DNA of 64,000 nucleotides from Vicinamibacterales bacterium. GTDB taxonomy: Bacteria > Acidobacteriota > Vicinamibacteria > Vicinamibacterales > CAVVIG01. Within the stretch, counting starts at the first letter, position 1. Every line of letters starts with the position of its first letter. The notes under the pieces were generated by a model, which saw only the letters and a list, made by a program, of their open reading frames with translations, had not been told where the DNA came from and made no database searches. The stretch covers positions 7,846 to 71,845 of the forward strand of contig DATKHR010000088.1 in NCBI GenBank assembly GCA_035510155.1, given 5' to 3'. Both the position numbers and the translations under genes were made by a program. This document shows positions 8,489 through 18,544 of this stretch, piece by piece.

Positions 8489-9469
8489 TTAGTACCCAAG
8501 CTCGACGTCGACACAATATATTAATGGCCCCCCGGCCACGAACCGCTGGTAGTTGGTCACGAACAACGGGGCGATATCCGCCGGCGCACTGAGCGCCGCC
8601 GTGTGTGAGGTGATCATCACATTCGGCGTCCGCCACAGCACATGATCGGCCGGCAGCGGCTCGGTCTGAAGGACATCGAGCACGGCAGCCGCCAGCCGGC
8701 CGCTCGAGAGCGCTCGTGCAAGCGCCGCTTCGTCGACGACTGATCCACGACCCGGATTGATGAAGACGGCTCGTGGCGGTAGCGCCGTCAGCAGCTGTTC
8801 GTCGACCAATGCTCGCGTCGCGGCCGTATCAGGGACGACCGAGACAAGGTAGTCCAGATCCGCCGCGAACGCATTGAGGGATCGGCGGCCATGACCGCCG
8901 GCCCGATCGTCGCTATGAAAATACTCGTCTACCGCGTCGCAACTCTCGCTGGCGCGCGTGTACCCTCTCACCGCCATCCCGAAGTGTTTGGCCGTCCGCG
9001 CAAGGGCGGCGCCGATCGTCCCGACGCCCAGCAGCCCGAGACGCTTGCCCCGCAACGTGCCCGGCGGTCTGGAGTCCCAGCGCCTCTCCTTCTGCGCGTC
9101 ATACTTTTCCAAGATGCGCCGCTCGTGCGCCAGCATGTAGCCGAACACGTATTCGGACATCAACGCGCCGAACACTCCTCGCGCATTCGTCAGGATGTAA
9201 TCCTGACCAGCCCGGCGGCGGAGCGCCGGATCGAGAAGCGGCTCGACGCCGGCCCACGTCGCCTGCACCCAGCGCACCGCTGGCAGGACCGGAAGCGCCT
9301 TCGCCACGAGCGACGGCTCCCCGAATACGATATCGCATGTGCTCGCCGAGGCCGGCAGCCCCGACGGATGCGTGGCCGAGACGACGTCGAGATCCGGCAG
9401 GCAGGCCGCCTCGATCAGACGGCAATACTCACCCGCATGCCTGGACAGGACGAGCACTCGGTGAGGCAC
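8489..9469 (-). CDS. D-isomer-specific 2-hydroxyacid dehydrogenase (NAD-binding)
   Basis: 326-aa ORF with Rossmann motif LGLLGVGTIGAALARTAKHFGMAVRGYTR and catalytic region FINPGRGSVVDEAAL...ITSHTA. Confidence 0.85.
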   Translation of the reverse strand: MPHRVLVLSRHAGEYCRLIEAACLPDLDVVSATHPSGLPASASTCDIVFGEPSLVAKALPVLPAVRWVQATWAGVEPLLDPALRRRAGQDYILTNARGVFGALMSEYVFGYMLAHERRILEKYDAQKERRWDSRPPGTLRGKRLGLLGVGTIGAALARTAKHFGMAVRGYTRASESCDAVDEYFHSDDRAGGHGRRSLNAFAADLDYLVSVVPDTAATRALVDEQLLTALPPRAVFINPGRGSVVDEAALARALSSGRLAAAVLDVLQTEPLPADHVLWRTPNVMITSHTAALSAPADIAPLFVTNYQRFVAGGPLIYCVDVELGY

Positions 9470-9482
9470 TGATCACGCCAGG

Positions 9483-12400
9483 TTACCGCCCCCCGCTCGT
9501 GGTTTTCCGCGCCGGCGCGATGTCCGGAGCCTTGACCGGCTGAGGCACGGTGAGCGTCAGGTTGTAGCGCGCCAGCGACGTGCTGAGCGAGGACGCCTTC
9601 GCGATGACTGCGTTGAGATCGGCGATTGCCTTCGGCGCCTGTGCCCTCGCCTCGCTGGCTGTGTTGGTCGTCTGCTCGCCGACAACCATTCCGCCCATCA
9701 GCGCGCCCTTGGCCTGACCGATCTTCGCGGGAAGGCTCTCCGTGTTGCCGCGTCCACCGCCGCCTCCGCCCCGGCCTGCCGGCTGCGTCAGTTTCGGCGC
9801 AAGGGCATCGATGTCTTTCTTGACCGCGTCGAACGAGGCCTTCACATCGGCCGGGATGTCGGTACGGCCGGCCAGATCGGTGGCCAGTTGATTGAGCTGA
9901 CGCGTCAGCGACGCATGAGCGGCCGACGCGTCCGTGACACGTCCCTGCAACGCGTGCAGCTCCATCGCCGCGTCGTACTGGCGCTTGCGCTCGGCGGACG
10001 TGAGAACGACTTCCGGATCGTCGTTCACGCGCAGGGTCTTGCTGTCGGCGACCTTGCCGTCTACGACGAGCTCAATCTTGTAGACGCCTGCAAGCACTAG
10101 CGGACCCAATGTTCCGGCTCCGCCAAAGCCAAAGCCGCCCCCGCCACCGCCGGTCGGCACGGCCGGGCAACCCGCGCCAAAGGGGCTAGTCTCCTGATTC
10201 GGGCCCTGCCCGCCAGGCCCCCCCGTCCCCTGTGCCTCCTGTCTTTCCCCTCCTGCCCTTCCTGCTCCTCCGGCCCTTCCTGGCCCTCCTGTCTCGCCCG
10301 CGGCCTGGCCGCGGCCGGCCGGAGCGGGAGGCGCCGGCGCCGGCGGCACGCGCAGATCCCAGCATGCGGTCTGAATGCCCGGCTTGTTGCTGTTGGCGAG
10401 CACGGGGCCCGAAATCTCACGAACCTGGCGGCCGGCTGCATCTGTGACTCTCAGCTTGACGTCCTCAACGGGTTTCTTGTTGATCCATGAGAGCACGGCG
10501 GCTTGCGGCGGGTTCTCGCCGTAGAAAATCTGATCGCCCCAGAACTCGTAGTTACGATCGCGCGCCGGCCGTCGATACGTCGCGTACGGGGGCGGGGAAA
10601 ACAGCTTCGCGTCCCCACCAGCGCCCTGAGCTGCGGCGTACTCCTGGATCGGTTCGAGGTGGTCCAGAATCCACAAGGCGCGCCCATGCGTCGCGAGCAC
10701 CATCGCGTTGTCCCGCGGCTGAATGGTGATTTCATCGATCCGCACCATCGGGAGATTGGCCTTGACGCGCGCCCAGCTCCTGCCGCGGTCGATCGACACG
10801 AACAGGCCGGTCTCCGCGCCGATATACAGCACATCGGCGTTCCTCTGGTCCTCGGTGAGCGTTTTGACCACCTCACCTTTGAGATTCCCCGCCGTCGACT
10901 GCCACGACTGCCCGTAGTCATGACTCACATAGACATACGTCTCGAAATCATTCTGCCGATGACCGTCGAACGTCGCATAGACAGTCGCCTCATCGAAGCG
11001 GGAGGGCGCGACTTCCGACACCCAGATGCCCTTTGGCAGATTCGGAATATTCCCGGTGACATTCGTCCACGACCGCCCGCCTTCCCGTGACACCTGCACG
11101 TTCCCATCGTCGGTTCCGGCATAGAGCAGGCCGGCACGTTTCGGCGATTCCGCGAGTGAGACGATGGTCGGCCACGCTTGAATGCCGTCGTTTTTCGCGA
11201 TCGCGACGTCGCTTCCCTTGACGCCCATCGTGACGATGTCGTCGCGGTTGGCGTTGGTCGTGATGTCGGTGCCGATGACCTCCCACGTCAGCCCGCGATT
11301 CGAAGACCGGTATACCTTGTTGGCCGCGGCGTAAATGATGCTCGGATTGTGCGGCGACATCACGAGCGGCGTGTCCCAGTTCCACCTGAGCGGCGGCTCG
11401 CCCGCCGGCGCCTGCGGCCGCATCGAGATGGATTCCCCGGTGACGCGATCGAGCCGTACCATGTTGCCATCCTGCGACTCGCTGTAGGCAACCCGGAAAT
11501 CGGTCGGATCCTGTAGCGCGACGAAACCATCGCCGCCCTGCACGGTGTACCAATGGAAGCCGGCGATGCCCGCGGCGCCGCGGACGGCGCTCGGACCGCA
11601 CCAGGCGTAGTTGTCCTGCATGCCTCCGCAGATGTTGTACGGTGTCGCGTTGTCCACGCTGACGTGATAGAAGAGCCCGACTGGCAGATTGTGCACGAAG
11701 TTCCACGTCCTGGTCTGATCCCAGCTGACGGCCACGCCGCCATCGGTGCCGATGATCACATGTTGGGGGTTCATCGGATCGATCCAGATCGCATGCACAT
11801 CGTCATGGATCGAGGTCGTGGCGTTGTTATTGACACGCTTTCCACCGTCGGTCGTGAGATGGAGCTTGACGCCGGCATAGATCACGACATCGGCATCGGT
11901 CGGGTCCACCCTGACCTGGCTGAAGTACATCGGACGAGGGTTCTCGTCATTCACCTTCTTCCAGGTCGCTCCCCCATCATCCGATCGATACAGGCCGCTC
12001 GCGATGTTGGTGACCGCCGTCGAGAAATTGCTCCGCCCGGGAGGTGGCGGCGGCGCCTCGTCGGGTTCCGGTGCGCCACCGCGGCCGCCGCGGCCTCCGG
12101 TCGGCGCCGGCGCAGGGCCTTCAACGAGCGCGTAGAGAATGTTGCCCCGCTTCCGATAGACATCGACGCCGATTCGGCCGAGGGGACCATCCGGGAAGCC
12201 GCTGCCCTTAATCTGAGTCCAGTGCTCGCCGCCGTCGGTCGATTTCCACAACCCGCTGCCGGGCCCGCCTCCGTTCATGCAACACGCGCTTCGGCGACGT
12301 TGGTACATCGACGCATAGAGGATCTGGTTATTGGTCGCATCCATCACGAGATCGTTGGCGCCGGTGTCGTCGTCCACCTTGAGAACGGGCTTCCAGGTCC

Positions 12401-12980
12401 GGCCGGCGTCGGTCGATTTGTAGACGCCACGCTCGCCTCCGGGGCCCCACAGGCTTCCGGTCGCGGCCACGAACACCACGTCGTTGTCACGCGGGTCGAT
12501 CACGATGCGGTTGATGGCGCGCGACGTCCGCAGCCCCATGTTGGTGAACGTCTTGCCGCCATCCGTTGACTTGTAGACGCCGTCGCCCCAACCGGTGCTT
12601 TGACGGTTGTTCGACTCGCCCGTCCCGACCCAGACGAGATCCGGGTTGCTCTGCGAGACGGTCACGTCCCCAATCGACATCATGCCGACCTGCTCGAAGA
12701 CGGGCTCGAATGTCGTGCCCGCATTCGTGGTCTTCCAGACGCCGCCGTGGGCCGCGCCGACGTAGTAGATCGCCGGATTGGCCTCGTACACCGCCAGATC
12801 GGCGATGCGCCCTGACATGGATGCGGGCCCGATCGGACGAAAATGCAGCGCGTCGAATGGACTCTTGCCCGGCGCGCTCGACGGAGACGAGAGCGCCTGG
12901 TCCACGCGACCGACAGCCGTCGGTCCCCCGATGACGGCAACAAGCACGGCCACAAGGAAGACGAATCGAACCAGCCTCAT
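9483..12980 (-). CDS. Large secreted sortilin/VPS10-type BNR-repeat beta-propeller protein
   Basis: The start is taken at MRLVRFVFLVAVLVAVIGG (signal peptide, ATG 12980-12978). Repeated BNR/Asp-box-like motifs are present (YKSTDGGKTF, YKSTDAGRTW, WKSTDGGEHW, YRSDDGGATW, SHDYGQSW, SIDRGRSW). There is a G/P-rich low-complexity insert near nt 10120-10330. Confidence 0.75.
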   Translation of the reverse strand: MRLVRFVFLVAVLVAVIGGPTAVGRVDQALSSPSSAPGKSPFDALHFRPIGPASMSGRIADLAVYEANPAIYYVGAAHGGVWKTTNAGTTFEPVFEQVGMMSIGDVTVSQSNPDLVWVGTGESNNRQSTGWGDGVYKSTDGGKTFTNMGLRTSRAINRIVIDPRDNDVVFVAATGSLWGPGGERGVYKSTDAGRTWKPVLKVDDDTGANDLVMDATNNQILYASMYQRRRSACCMNGGGPGSGLWKSTDGGEHWTQIKGSGFPDGPLGRIGVDVYRKRGNILYALVEGPAPAPTGGRGGRGGAPEPDEAPPPPPGRSNFSTAVTNIASGLYRSDDGGATWKKVNDENPRPMYFSQVRVDPTDADVVIYAGVKLHLTTDGGKRVNNNATTSIHDDVHAIWIDPMNPQHVIIGTDGGVAVSWDQTRTWNFVHNLPVGLFYHVSVDNATPYNICGGMQDNYAWCGPSAVRGAAGIAGFHWYTVQGGDGFVALQDPTDFRVAYSESQDGNMVRLDRVTGESISMRPQAPAGEPPLRWNWDTPLVMSPHNPSIIYAAANKVYRSSNRGLTWEVIGTDITTNANRDDIVTMGVKGSDVAIAKNDGIQAWPTIVSLAESPKRAGLLYAGTDDGNVQVSREGGRSWTNVTGNIPNLPKGIWVSEVAPSRFDEATVYATFDGHRQNDFETYVYVSHDYGQSWQSTAGNLKGEVVKTLTEDQRNADVLYIGAETGLFVSIDRGRSWARVKANLPMVRIDEITIQPRDNAMVLATHGRALWILDHLEPIQEYAAAQGAGGDAKLFSPPPYATYRRPARDRNYEFWGDQIFYGENPPQAAVLSWINKKPVEDVKLRVTDAAGRQVREISGPVLANSNKPGIQTACWDLRVPPAPAPPAPAGRGQAAGETGGPGRAGGAGRAGGERQEAQGTGGPGGQGPNQETSPFGAGCPAVPTGGGGGGFGFGGAGTLGPLVLAGVYKIELVVDGKVADSKTLRVNDDPEVVLTSAERKRQYDAAMELHALQGRVTDASAAHASLTRQLNQLATDLAGRTDIPADVKASFDAVKKDIDALAPKLTQPAGRGGGGGGRGNTESLPAKIGQAKGALMGGMVVGEQTTNTASEARAQAPKAIADLNAVIAKASSLSTSLARYNLTLTVPQPVKAPDIAPARKTTSGGR

Positions 12981-13220
12981 GAAGCAACTCCCGGAATGAT
13001 CCTGGTATTGAGCCGGATTTGACGATGCTGGCGGCAGATTACACGGAGACCGCGCTGGTTTCAATGGAGGCCGCGGCACGACGGCCTTGCCTCCGCCGAT
13101 CTCCAGTCGCGTGATGACGCAGTAGAGAATAGTCTGCTCCACGCCGCTCATGCCGCCCTGGCCCCTGAAGATCGTGGCAGAGTCGCTTCAATGACAAGAC
13201 CGGTACTATAACGTGCGCAG

Positions 13221-14855
13221 ATGTCGACACATTCCATCCGCGCGCGGTCACCTCGAGGACCTCGGAGAGAAGCCGACGGATTTGAAGATGCCGAACTGGT
13301 CACGCTGCGAACCGATCCGGATGTCCTAGCAGCGTTCAAGGAAGACGCCGCACATTTTCCAGGCGGTCATCCGCAAGCCATCGCAACGCCCGCGACGGAG
13401 GCCGGCGTTGCGCGGATCCTTCGCGCATCGAGCTCCGTGCTCGCTGTCGGGGCGCAATCGTCGTTGACGGGAGGCGCAACGCCGATGGGCGACGTGGTCA
13501 TCGCGACGTCGCGCATGAATCGGATCGTGCGAATCTACCGCGACCACGTTCGCGCGCAGGCCGGCGTCACGCTGACCGATCTCGACGCCGCCCTGCGGCA
13601 AAACGGGAGGCACTACCCGCCGGTGCCGACCTTCATGGGCGCCTGCGTCGGCGGTATTGCCGCGACCAACGCTGCCGGCGCCGCGACGTTCAAGTACGGG
13701 ACCACGCGTGCCTGGGTGCGCGGGCTGACCGTGGTGCTGGCAAACGGCGACGTGCTGGATCTCGAGCGCGGTGAGACGCGCGCTCACCCAGACGGCTATT
13801 TCGACATCGAGCTGTCGGATCGGGTCGCGCGAGTTCCGATCCCGCGCTACCGCATGCCTGCCGTCCCAAAACTATCGGCCGGCTATTTCGCCGAGCCGGA
13901 AATGGATCTCGTCGACCTGTTTGTCGGCTCCGAGGGCACGCTCGGCGTCATCACCGAGGTGGCGCTTCGCATCCTGCCCGACCGCCCGGCGCCGTGTCTT
14001 GCGCTCGTGCCGTTCGATAGACGGCGGGACGCGATCGCGTTTGTTGACGTGATCAGGCGCGCCGCGATCGAGACCCGGCGCTCGGGCGATCCGCGTGGGA
14101 TGGACATCGCCGCCATCGAGCACATGGACGCGCGATGCCTGGCGCTGCTGCGGGAAGACCGGGCGGACCGTTCGTTTGGTGTGGCGATCCCTCGGGCTGA
14201 CATGGTCCTCCTGGTCACGCTCGAGCTGCCCTCGGGCACGACAGATGCGCAGGCGTTCGATGAGATCGGCCGTTTCCGTGAGATCGACACGCCTCTCGCC
14301 CGTTTCTGTCGTGCCCTGGACGAGTGCGCCGTGCTGGAGCGCGTCGAGATCGCCGTGCCAGGGGACGAACGGCGCGCCGCACAACTCGTCGGGCTTCGCG
14401 AGGCCGTGCCCGCCGCCGTCAACCTGCGCGTCGGACGCGCCAAGTCGACGGTCGACGACAGCATCGCAAAGACCGCTGCTGACGTGGTCGTCCCGTTCGA
14501 CCGGATCGGCCAGCTGCTCGCTCTCTGTGACGAAGAGTTCACGACACGGCGGCTCGACGGCGCCGTCTGGGGACACATCTCGGACGGCAACCTGCACCCC
14601 AACGTGATCCCGAGGTCGCGTGCCGATGTGGAGTCAGGAAAAGAAGCGATCCGGCGAGTGGGTCAGGAAGCGATCCGGCTTGGTGGATCTCCGCTTGCGG
14701 AGCATGGCGTCGGCCGGAATCCGATCAAGCATGAGCTCCTCCGCGAGCTTTATGGCCCCGACGGTATCGAAGCCATGCGTGCCGTCAAGCGGGCGCTGGA
14801 CCCCGACTCCAAGCTCGCCCCCGGCGTGATATTTCGAGCGGCAAACGGCGGATGA
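13221..14855 (+). CDS. FAD-binding oxidase (GlcD / D-lactate dehydrogenase-like, PCMH-type FAD domain)
   Basis: 544-aa ORF. FAD-binding segment VLAVGAQSSLTGGATP. C-terminal FAD-oxidase_C signature GGSPLAEHGVGRNPIKHELL...MRAVKRALDPDSKLAPGV. The exact start is uncertain. Confidence 0.8.
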   Translation: MSTHSIRARSPRGPRREADGFEDAELVTLRTDPDVLAAFKEDAAHFPGGHPQAIATPATEAGVARILRASSSVLAVGAQSSLTGGATPMGDVVIATSRMNRIVRIYRDHVRAQAGVTLTDLDAALRQNGRHYPPVPTFMGACVGGIAATNAAGAATFKYGTTRAWVRGLTVVLANGDVLDLERGETRAHPDGYFDIELSDRVARVPIPRYRMPAVPKLSAGYFAEPEMDLVDLFVGSEGTLGVITEVALRILPDRPAPCLALVPFDRRRDAIAFVDVIRRAAIETRRSGDPRGMDIAAIEHMDARCLALLREDRADRSFGVAIPRADMVLLVTLELPSGTTDAQAFDEIGRFREIDTPLARFCRALDECAVLERVEIAVPGDERRAAQLVGLREAVPAAVNLRVGRAKSTVDDSIAKTAADVVVPFDRIGQLLALCDEEFTTRRLDGAVWGHISDGNLHPNVIPRSRADVESGKEAIRRVGQEAIRLGGSPLAEHGVGRNPIKHELLRELYGPDGIEAMRAVKRALDPDSKLAPGVIFRAANGG

Positions 14856-14879
14856 TGAGCCGCCAGCCCACACCGCGAG

Positions 14880-15524
14880 CTACGACAGAATCAGTGACAT
14901 CCCGACCAGGGCCAGGCCCGCGACGATTAGCCACGGGGCCACGTCACTCGTCCGGGGAAAGTGCGCGGCAGCCCCTAATGCGTCGAAATCCTCCGCCGAT
15001 TCTCCTGGCAGCACAGGGCCCTGCAGTGAACGTTGCAACGCGCGCGCGACCGCCGACTGCGCGGCGAACGACTGTGCGATCGCGCCCAACAGAAGCGCCC
15101 ATCCTCCAGCGAGCATCAGCTTGGTCCCCCACCAACTTCCGGCGCTCATGAAGCGGGGGGCGAACAGCAGCGTGCCAAGAAAACTCGCGGCCGCGAGCCC
15201 GGTCACGAGCCGCAGCCGCCCGATCTCGCGATCGCCGGCCTGACGCAACAGCTCGAGCTGCAGCGCGCGCTCCATGCGGCGCCGCTCCGCCTCGATCTGC
15301 TGGCGCTCGAGCTCCAGGCGCCTCGTATCGCGAGCGAATGCCTCCTTCAGCGAAGCGACGATCACTCCCGCGAGACGGGCCTCGAGGCCGCCGACCGCCC
15401 CGCTTTCGCGGGCGAGCGACTGCGACTCAAGGCCGCCTGCGGCAACCGCCGGGTCCCTCCGGACTCGAACGAGATCGTGAATGCCGAGAGCCGCGTCGAG
15501 GATGCGGAGCCACGGAATCGCCAT
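14880..15524 (-). CDS. Hypothetical membrane protein with a central coiled-coil-like segment
   Basis: 214-aa ORF with coding-type GC3 bias. It has a charged helical stretch (RRLELERQQIEAERRRMERALQLELLRQ) followed by about 3 hydrophobic helices. I do not recognise a family. Confidence 0.4.
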   Translation of the reverse strand: MAIPWLRILDAALGIHDLVRVRRDPAVAAGGLESQSLARESGAVGGLEARLAGVIVASLKEAFARDTRRLELERQQIEAERRRMERALQLELLRQAGDREIGRLRLVTGLAAASFLGTLLFAPRFMSAGSWWGTKLMLAGGWALLLGAIAQSFAAQSAVARALQRSLQGPVLPGESAEDFDALGAAAHFPRTSDVAPWLIVAGLALVGMSLILS

Positions 15525-15532
15525 AGACCTAA

Positions 15533-17497
15533 TTATCGAGCAACGAGCGCCACGCGCGACTTCAGCCAGCGATCGCGGAACCCTCGCTGCTCCGCCGTGA
15601 GGCCGCCCGCCGCCTCCGCGGGCACGACCTCGACATGCGGATTGCTCGCCAGCGTGATCGATGCCGTTTTCGCGCTCCCGCTCCGATCGACGAACGCAAT
15701 CGTCACAGAGTCTCCTGGTTTGTGTCGGGCGAGCACGGCAGCGACATCCGTGTCAGCATGGATCTGCTGCCCATCGATCCGGTCGAGCTGATCATCCTGT
15801 TCGAGGCCCGATGCATAGAGGGGCCAGGTAGGCGACACGAGCGATACTATCCGGGCGCGTTGGCCGGAGGAGGCCCCGGCACTGCCGCCCCTCGTCCCTG
15901 GAGCGTTCATGCCGTCACGAAAATCGAGTCGCACATCGCCGAGCCATGCGCGACCCTGGTTTGGCCGGCGGATCGCGAACCCCGCACGCGCGAGGAGCCG
16001 CGCATAATCAGCCACCTCGTGCCCCTGGATGTACTTGGCGAAGAAATCGCGAGCAAACGCCCGGTCGCCGCTTACTTCGGCCAGCGTCGTCTCGGCGTCC
16101 TCGATGGTGTACGGCCGATCGACGTAGCCTTCGCGGCTGCCGCCGGGCCGTCCGTACTTGCGCCACATTGCCCGCATGAAGTCATCGAGCGACACGCTCC
16201 CGTTCCCGCGCTCGCGCAGCGAGAGATCCATCGCGAGCGCGATCGCGGCACCAAACGGGTAGTACGAGATAACCGTATTCGACCAATTCGTGCGGTCCAC
16301 GGGGCGCCCGCCGTCGATGAACGGCGCCATCTGACTCATCTCTTTCGCCGATCTGACCGACCGCCCTGCTTCGAGCGTCACGCCGTCGACCAGGCTATTG
16401 AGCACGTTCGTCGTCGCGGGCAGGTCGGCGAAACCGGATCGCTGGAGCACAAGCGGACCGTAGTACTGCGTGAACCCCTCCGCCAGCCACAGCTCGCCCG
16501 ACAGGTTCGCGCGATCGAAATCGAACGGTTCAAGGCCCTTCGGGCGTATCCGCTCGACATTCCAGCAATGGAAGAATTCGTGCGCCACGGTGTCCAGCAC
16601 GTCGCGGCTGTCGCGCGCGAGCGATGAGCGCCCGGTGATCACGGTGCTGTTGCGATGTTCCATCCCGTCGAACTCCGCCCACGGCACATAGTCGGCGAGA
16701 AAGGTGTATGCTCCTGGCTCGTATTCCGGGAACTCTCCATAAATCGTTTCTTCTTCGCGAACGATCCGCTCCACGTCTTTCACAAAGCGGTCCAGATCGG
16801 CGTCGGTGCCCGTGTGGTGCAGGGCGACCCGGAAGCGCCGCCCGTCGGCGGTGAACTCCCGCAGCGCAATCTGACCGAACTCAACGGGGCTGTCCATGAA
16901 GTACTGAAGGTTGGCAGCGGTGAACTCGAGCGGCGAGGCTCCGGCATGGAGCTGCGTCGCGACTCGCCACGTCAGCCCGTCAGGCTGATCGAAGGCAATC
17001 GTGATGGGACGATCGTCGAAACCATGCGCCCACATCATCGCCGCGGGAATGTTGATGTGCGCGTGGGTCGAATCGACCGCCAGGTATGTGCCGTCCACAC
17101 GATCACCGTAAATCTTGTACTTGACCGTCACTCTGCCGCCGTGGGCGCGGACGTTCCACCCGGATGGGTCCGGCCGCGTCGCCGGCAGCTCGCGCAGATC
17201 CGACCCAAAAACATGCACGTCGTACACATTCTTCGCAAAGTCGTGCAGCGAGTAGCGCCCCGGCGACGAGCGGCTCATCCGCAGCTCGAGCGTCTCGGTC
17301 TCCACATCCGGGAACGTCGCTTCGATTTGCATCCATCGGTGTTGCGGCTCGGGAAAGCTCACGCGATACCGGACCGGTGACGCCGCAAGCAGGCTCGCGA
17401 CGGGCGCCCCACGAGTAATGATCCGGGGGAGGGTCGCCGCAGCAACGAACGGTCCCAGAATCGCGAGAAACAGTAGGCCAATCGTCAATCGCTTCAT
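15533..17497 (-). CDS. M61 family glycyl aminopeptidase with C-terminal PDZ domain
   Basis: Start at MKRLTIGLLFLAILGPFV (signal peptide). Zinc motif HEFFHCWNVERIRP. PDZ-like C-terminus (RIVSLVSPTWPLYASGLEQDDQLDRIDGQQI). Confidence 0.85.
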   Translation of the reverse strand: MKRLTIGLLFLAILGPFVAAATLPRIITRGAPVASLLAASPVRYRVSFPEPQHRWMQIEATFPDVETETLELRMSRSSPGRYSLHDFAKNVYDVHVFGSDLRELPATRPDPSGWNVRAHGGRVTVKYKIYGDRVDGTYLAVDSTHAHINIPAAMMWAHGFDDRPITIAFDQPDGLTWRVATQLHAGASPLEFTAANLQYFMDSPVEFGQIALREFTADGRRFRVALHHTGTDADLDRFVKDVERIVREEETIYGEFPEYEPGAYTFLADYVPWAEFDGMEHRNSTVITGRSSLARDSRDVLDTVAHEFFHCWNVERIRPKGLEPFDFDRANLSGELWLAEGFTQYYGPLVLQRSGFADLPATTNVLNSLVDGVTLEAGRSVRSAKEMSQMAPFIDGGRPVDRTNWSNTVISYYPFGAAIALAMDLSLRERGNGSVSLDDFMRAMWRKYGRPGGSREGYVDRPYTIEDAETTLAEVSGDRAFARDFFAKYIQGHEVADYARLLARAGFAIRRPNQGRAWLGDVRLDFRDGMNAPGTRGGSAGASSGQRARIVSLVSPTWPLYASGLEQDDQLDRIDGQQIHADTDVAAVLARHKPGDSVTIAFVDRSGSAKTASITLASNPHVEVVPAEAAGGLTAEQRGFRDRWLKSRVALVAR

Positions 17498-17524
17498 GCG
17501 AATCCCTAATTCCGAATCACGTCC
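17498..17524 (+). repeat. Single copy of the AATCC-type short dispersed repeat in the 19-bp gap between the M61 start and the agmatinase stop
   Basis: gcgaatccctaattccgaatcacgtcc shares ...ccgaatcacg... with the copies at 24387-24416 and 32530-32551. Confidence 0.5.
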
Positions 17525-18527
17525 TGGCAGCTCCACCAGCCATCACGCACAGCAGCTCGAACATGATGTTCGCGGCCAGGAGCGCGGTGATCTGACCCGG
17601 CCCGTCGAACGGCGGCGCGACCTCGACGATATCGCCGCCCACGAGCGAGAGACCCGCCAGGCCGCGCACCAGGCGCTGAGCCTCGTGGCTCGAGAGACCG
17701 CCCACTTCCGGCGTTCCCGTGCCGGGCGCAAACGCGGGATCGACGGCGTCGATGTCGAAAGTGACGTAAGCCGGCCCCGACGCGACCGCGTGGATGCGGT
17801 CGACCGTCCACGCGACGCCCTTTTCCTTCACTTGATCGATATCGACCACCGTGATGCCATGCTGCCGGTGGAAGTCGAAGTCATCCTCCCCGTACATCGG
17901 CCCGCGAATGCCAACCTGAACGAACCGCTTGCCGTCCACGAGCCCTTCCTCGATCGCGCGTCGGAAAGGCGTGCCGTGAAAATACTTACTGCCAAAATAC
18001 TCGTCCCATGTGTCGATGTGCGCGTCGAACTGCACGAGCGCGAGCGGGCCGTGACGCCCCGCCAACGCGCGAAGAATCGGCAGTGAAACGGAGTGATCGC
18101 CGCCGATCACGATCGGGCGCGCCCCGGCTTCTGCGATGGCGCCCACCTGTGTCTTCACGACATCGAAGCATTTCTCGATATTAATTGGCGGCGCGTCGAT
18201 GTCTCCCACGTCGGCCACGTTCAACCGATCGAAGGGCGCAACGCCTTGAAAGTAGTTGTACTGACGGATGAGCGACGACTGGGTGCGGATCTCGCGAGGC
18301 CCGAGCCGGGCGCCCGGCCGATACGACGTGCCGCCGTCGAACGGGACGCCGACGATGGCGACGTCGAGGCCGCGCGGATCTTCGACATGAGGCAGCCGCA
18401 TGAAGGTCGCTGGTTGCGCGAAGCGGGGCGATTTGAAAGAGGCGCGCGGTTGGTGCGGCATCCCGAAATTGTAGTCCTGGCGCTCGGGGCCGTTGGGCCC
18501 CGGAGTTGGGGCCCCCGAGTAATACAC
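17517..18527 (-). CDS. speB: Agmatinase / ureohydrolase (arginase family)
   Basis: 336-aa ORF with Mn-binding motifs GGDHSVSLPILRA, DAHIDTWD and VTFDIDAVDPAFAPGTGTPEVGG. The start may be the downstream MPHQ (18461). Confidence 0.85.
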   Translation of the reverse strand: MYYSGAPTPGPNGPERQDYNFGMPHQPRASFKSPRFAQPATFMRLPHVEDPRGLDVAIVGVPFDGGTSYRPGARLGPREIRTQSSLIRQYNYFQGVAPFDRLNVADVGDIDAPPINIEKCFDVVKTQVGAIAEAGARPIVIGGDHSVSLPILRALAGRHGPLALVQFDAHIDTWDEYFGSKYFHGTPFRRAIEEGLVDGKRFVQVGIRGPMYGEDDFDFHRQHGITVVDIDQVKEKGVAWTVDRIHAVASGPAYVTFDIDAVDPAFAPGTGTPEVGGLSSHEAQRLVRGLAGLSLVGGDIVEVAPPFDGPGQITALLAANIMFELLCVMAGGAART

Positions 18528-18544
18528 GTATAGTTTCCTCGCTC

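Noticed and set aside
13207-13223. Leaderless-mRNA promoter for the FAD oxidase: TATAAC 8 nt upstream of ATG 13221. A similar CATAAT lies 6 nt upstream of the thioredoxin-fold gene ATG at 20707.
   Set aside because: There is no convincing -35 element, and the true start codons are uncertain. This is too speculative to list as a feature.
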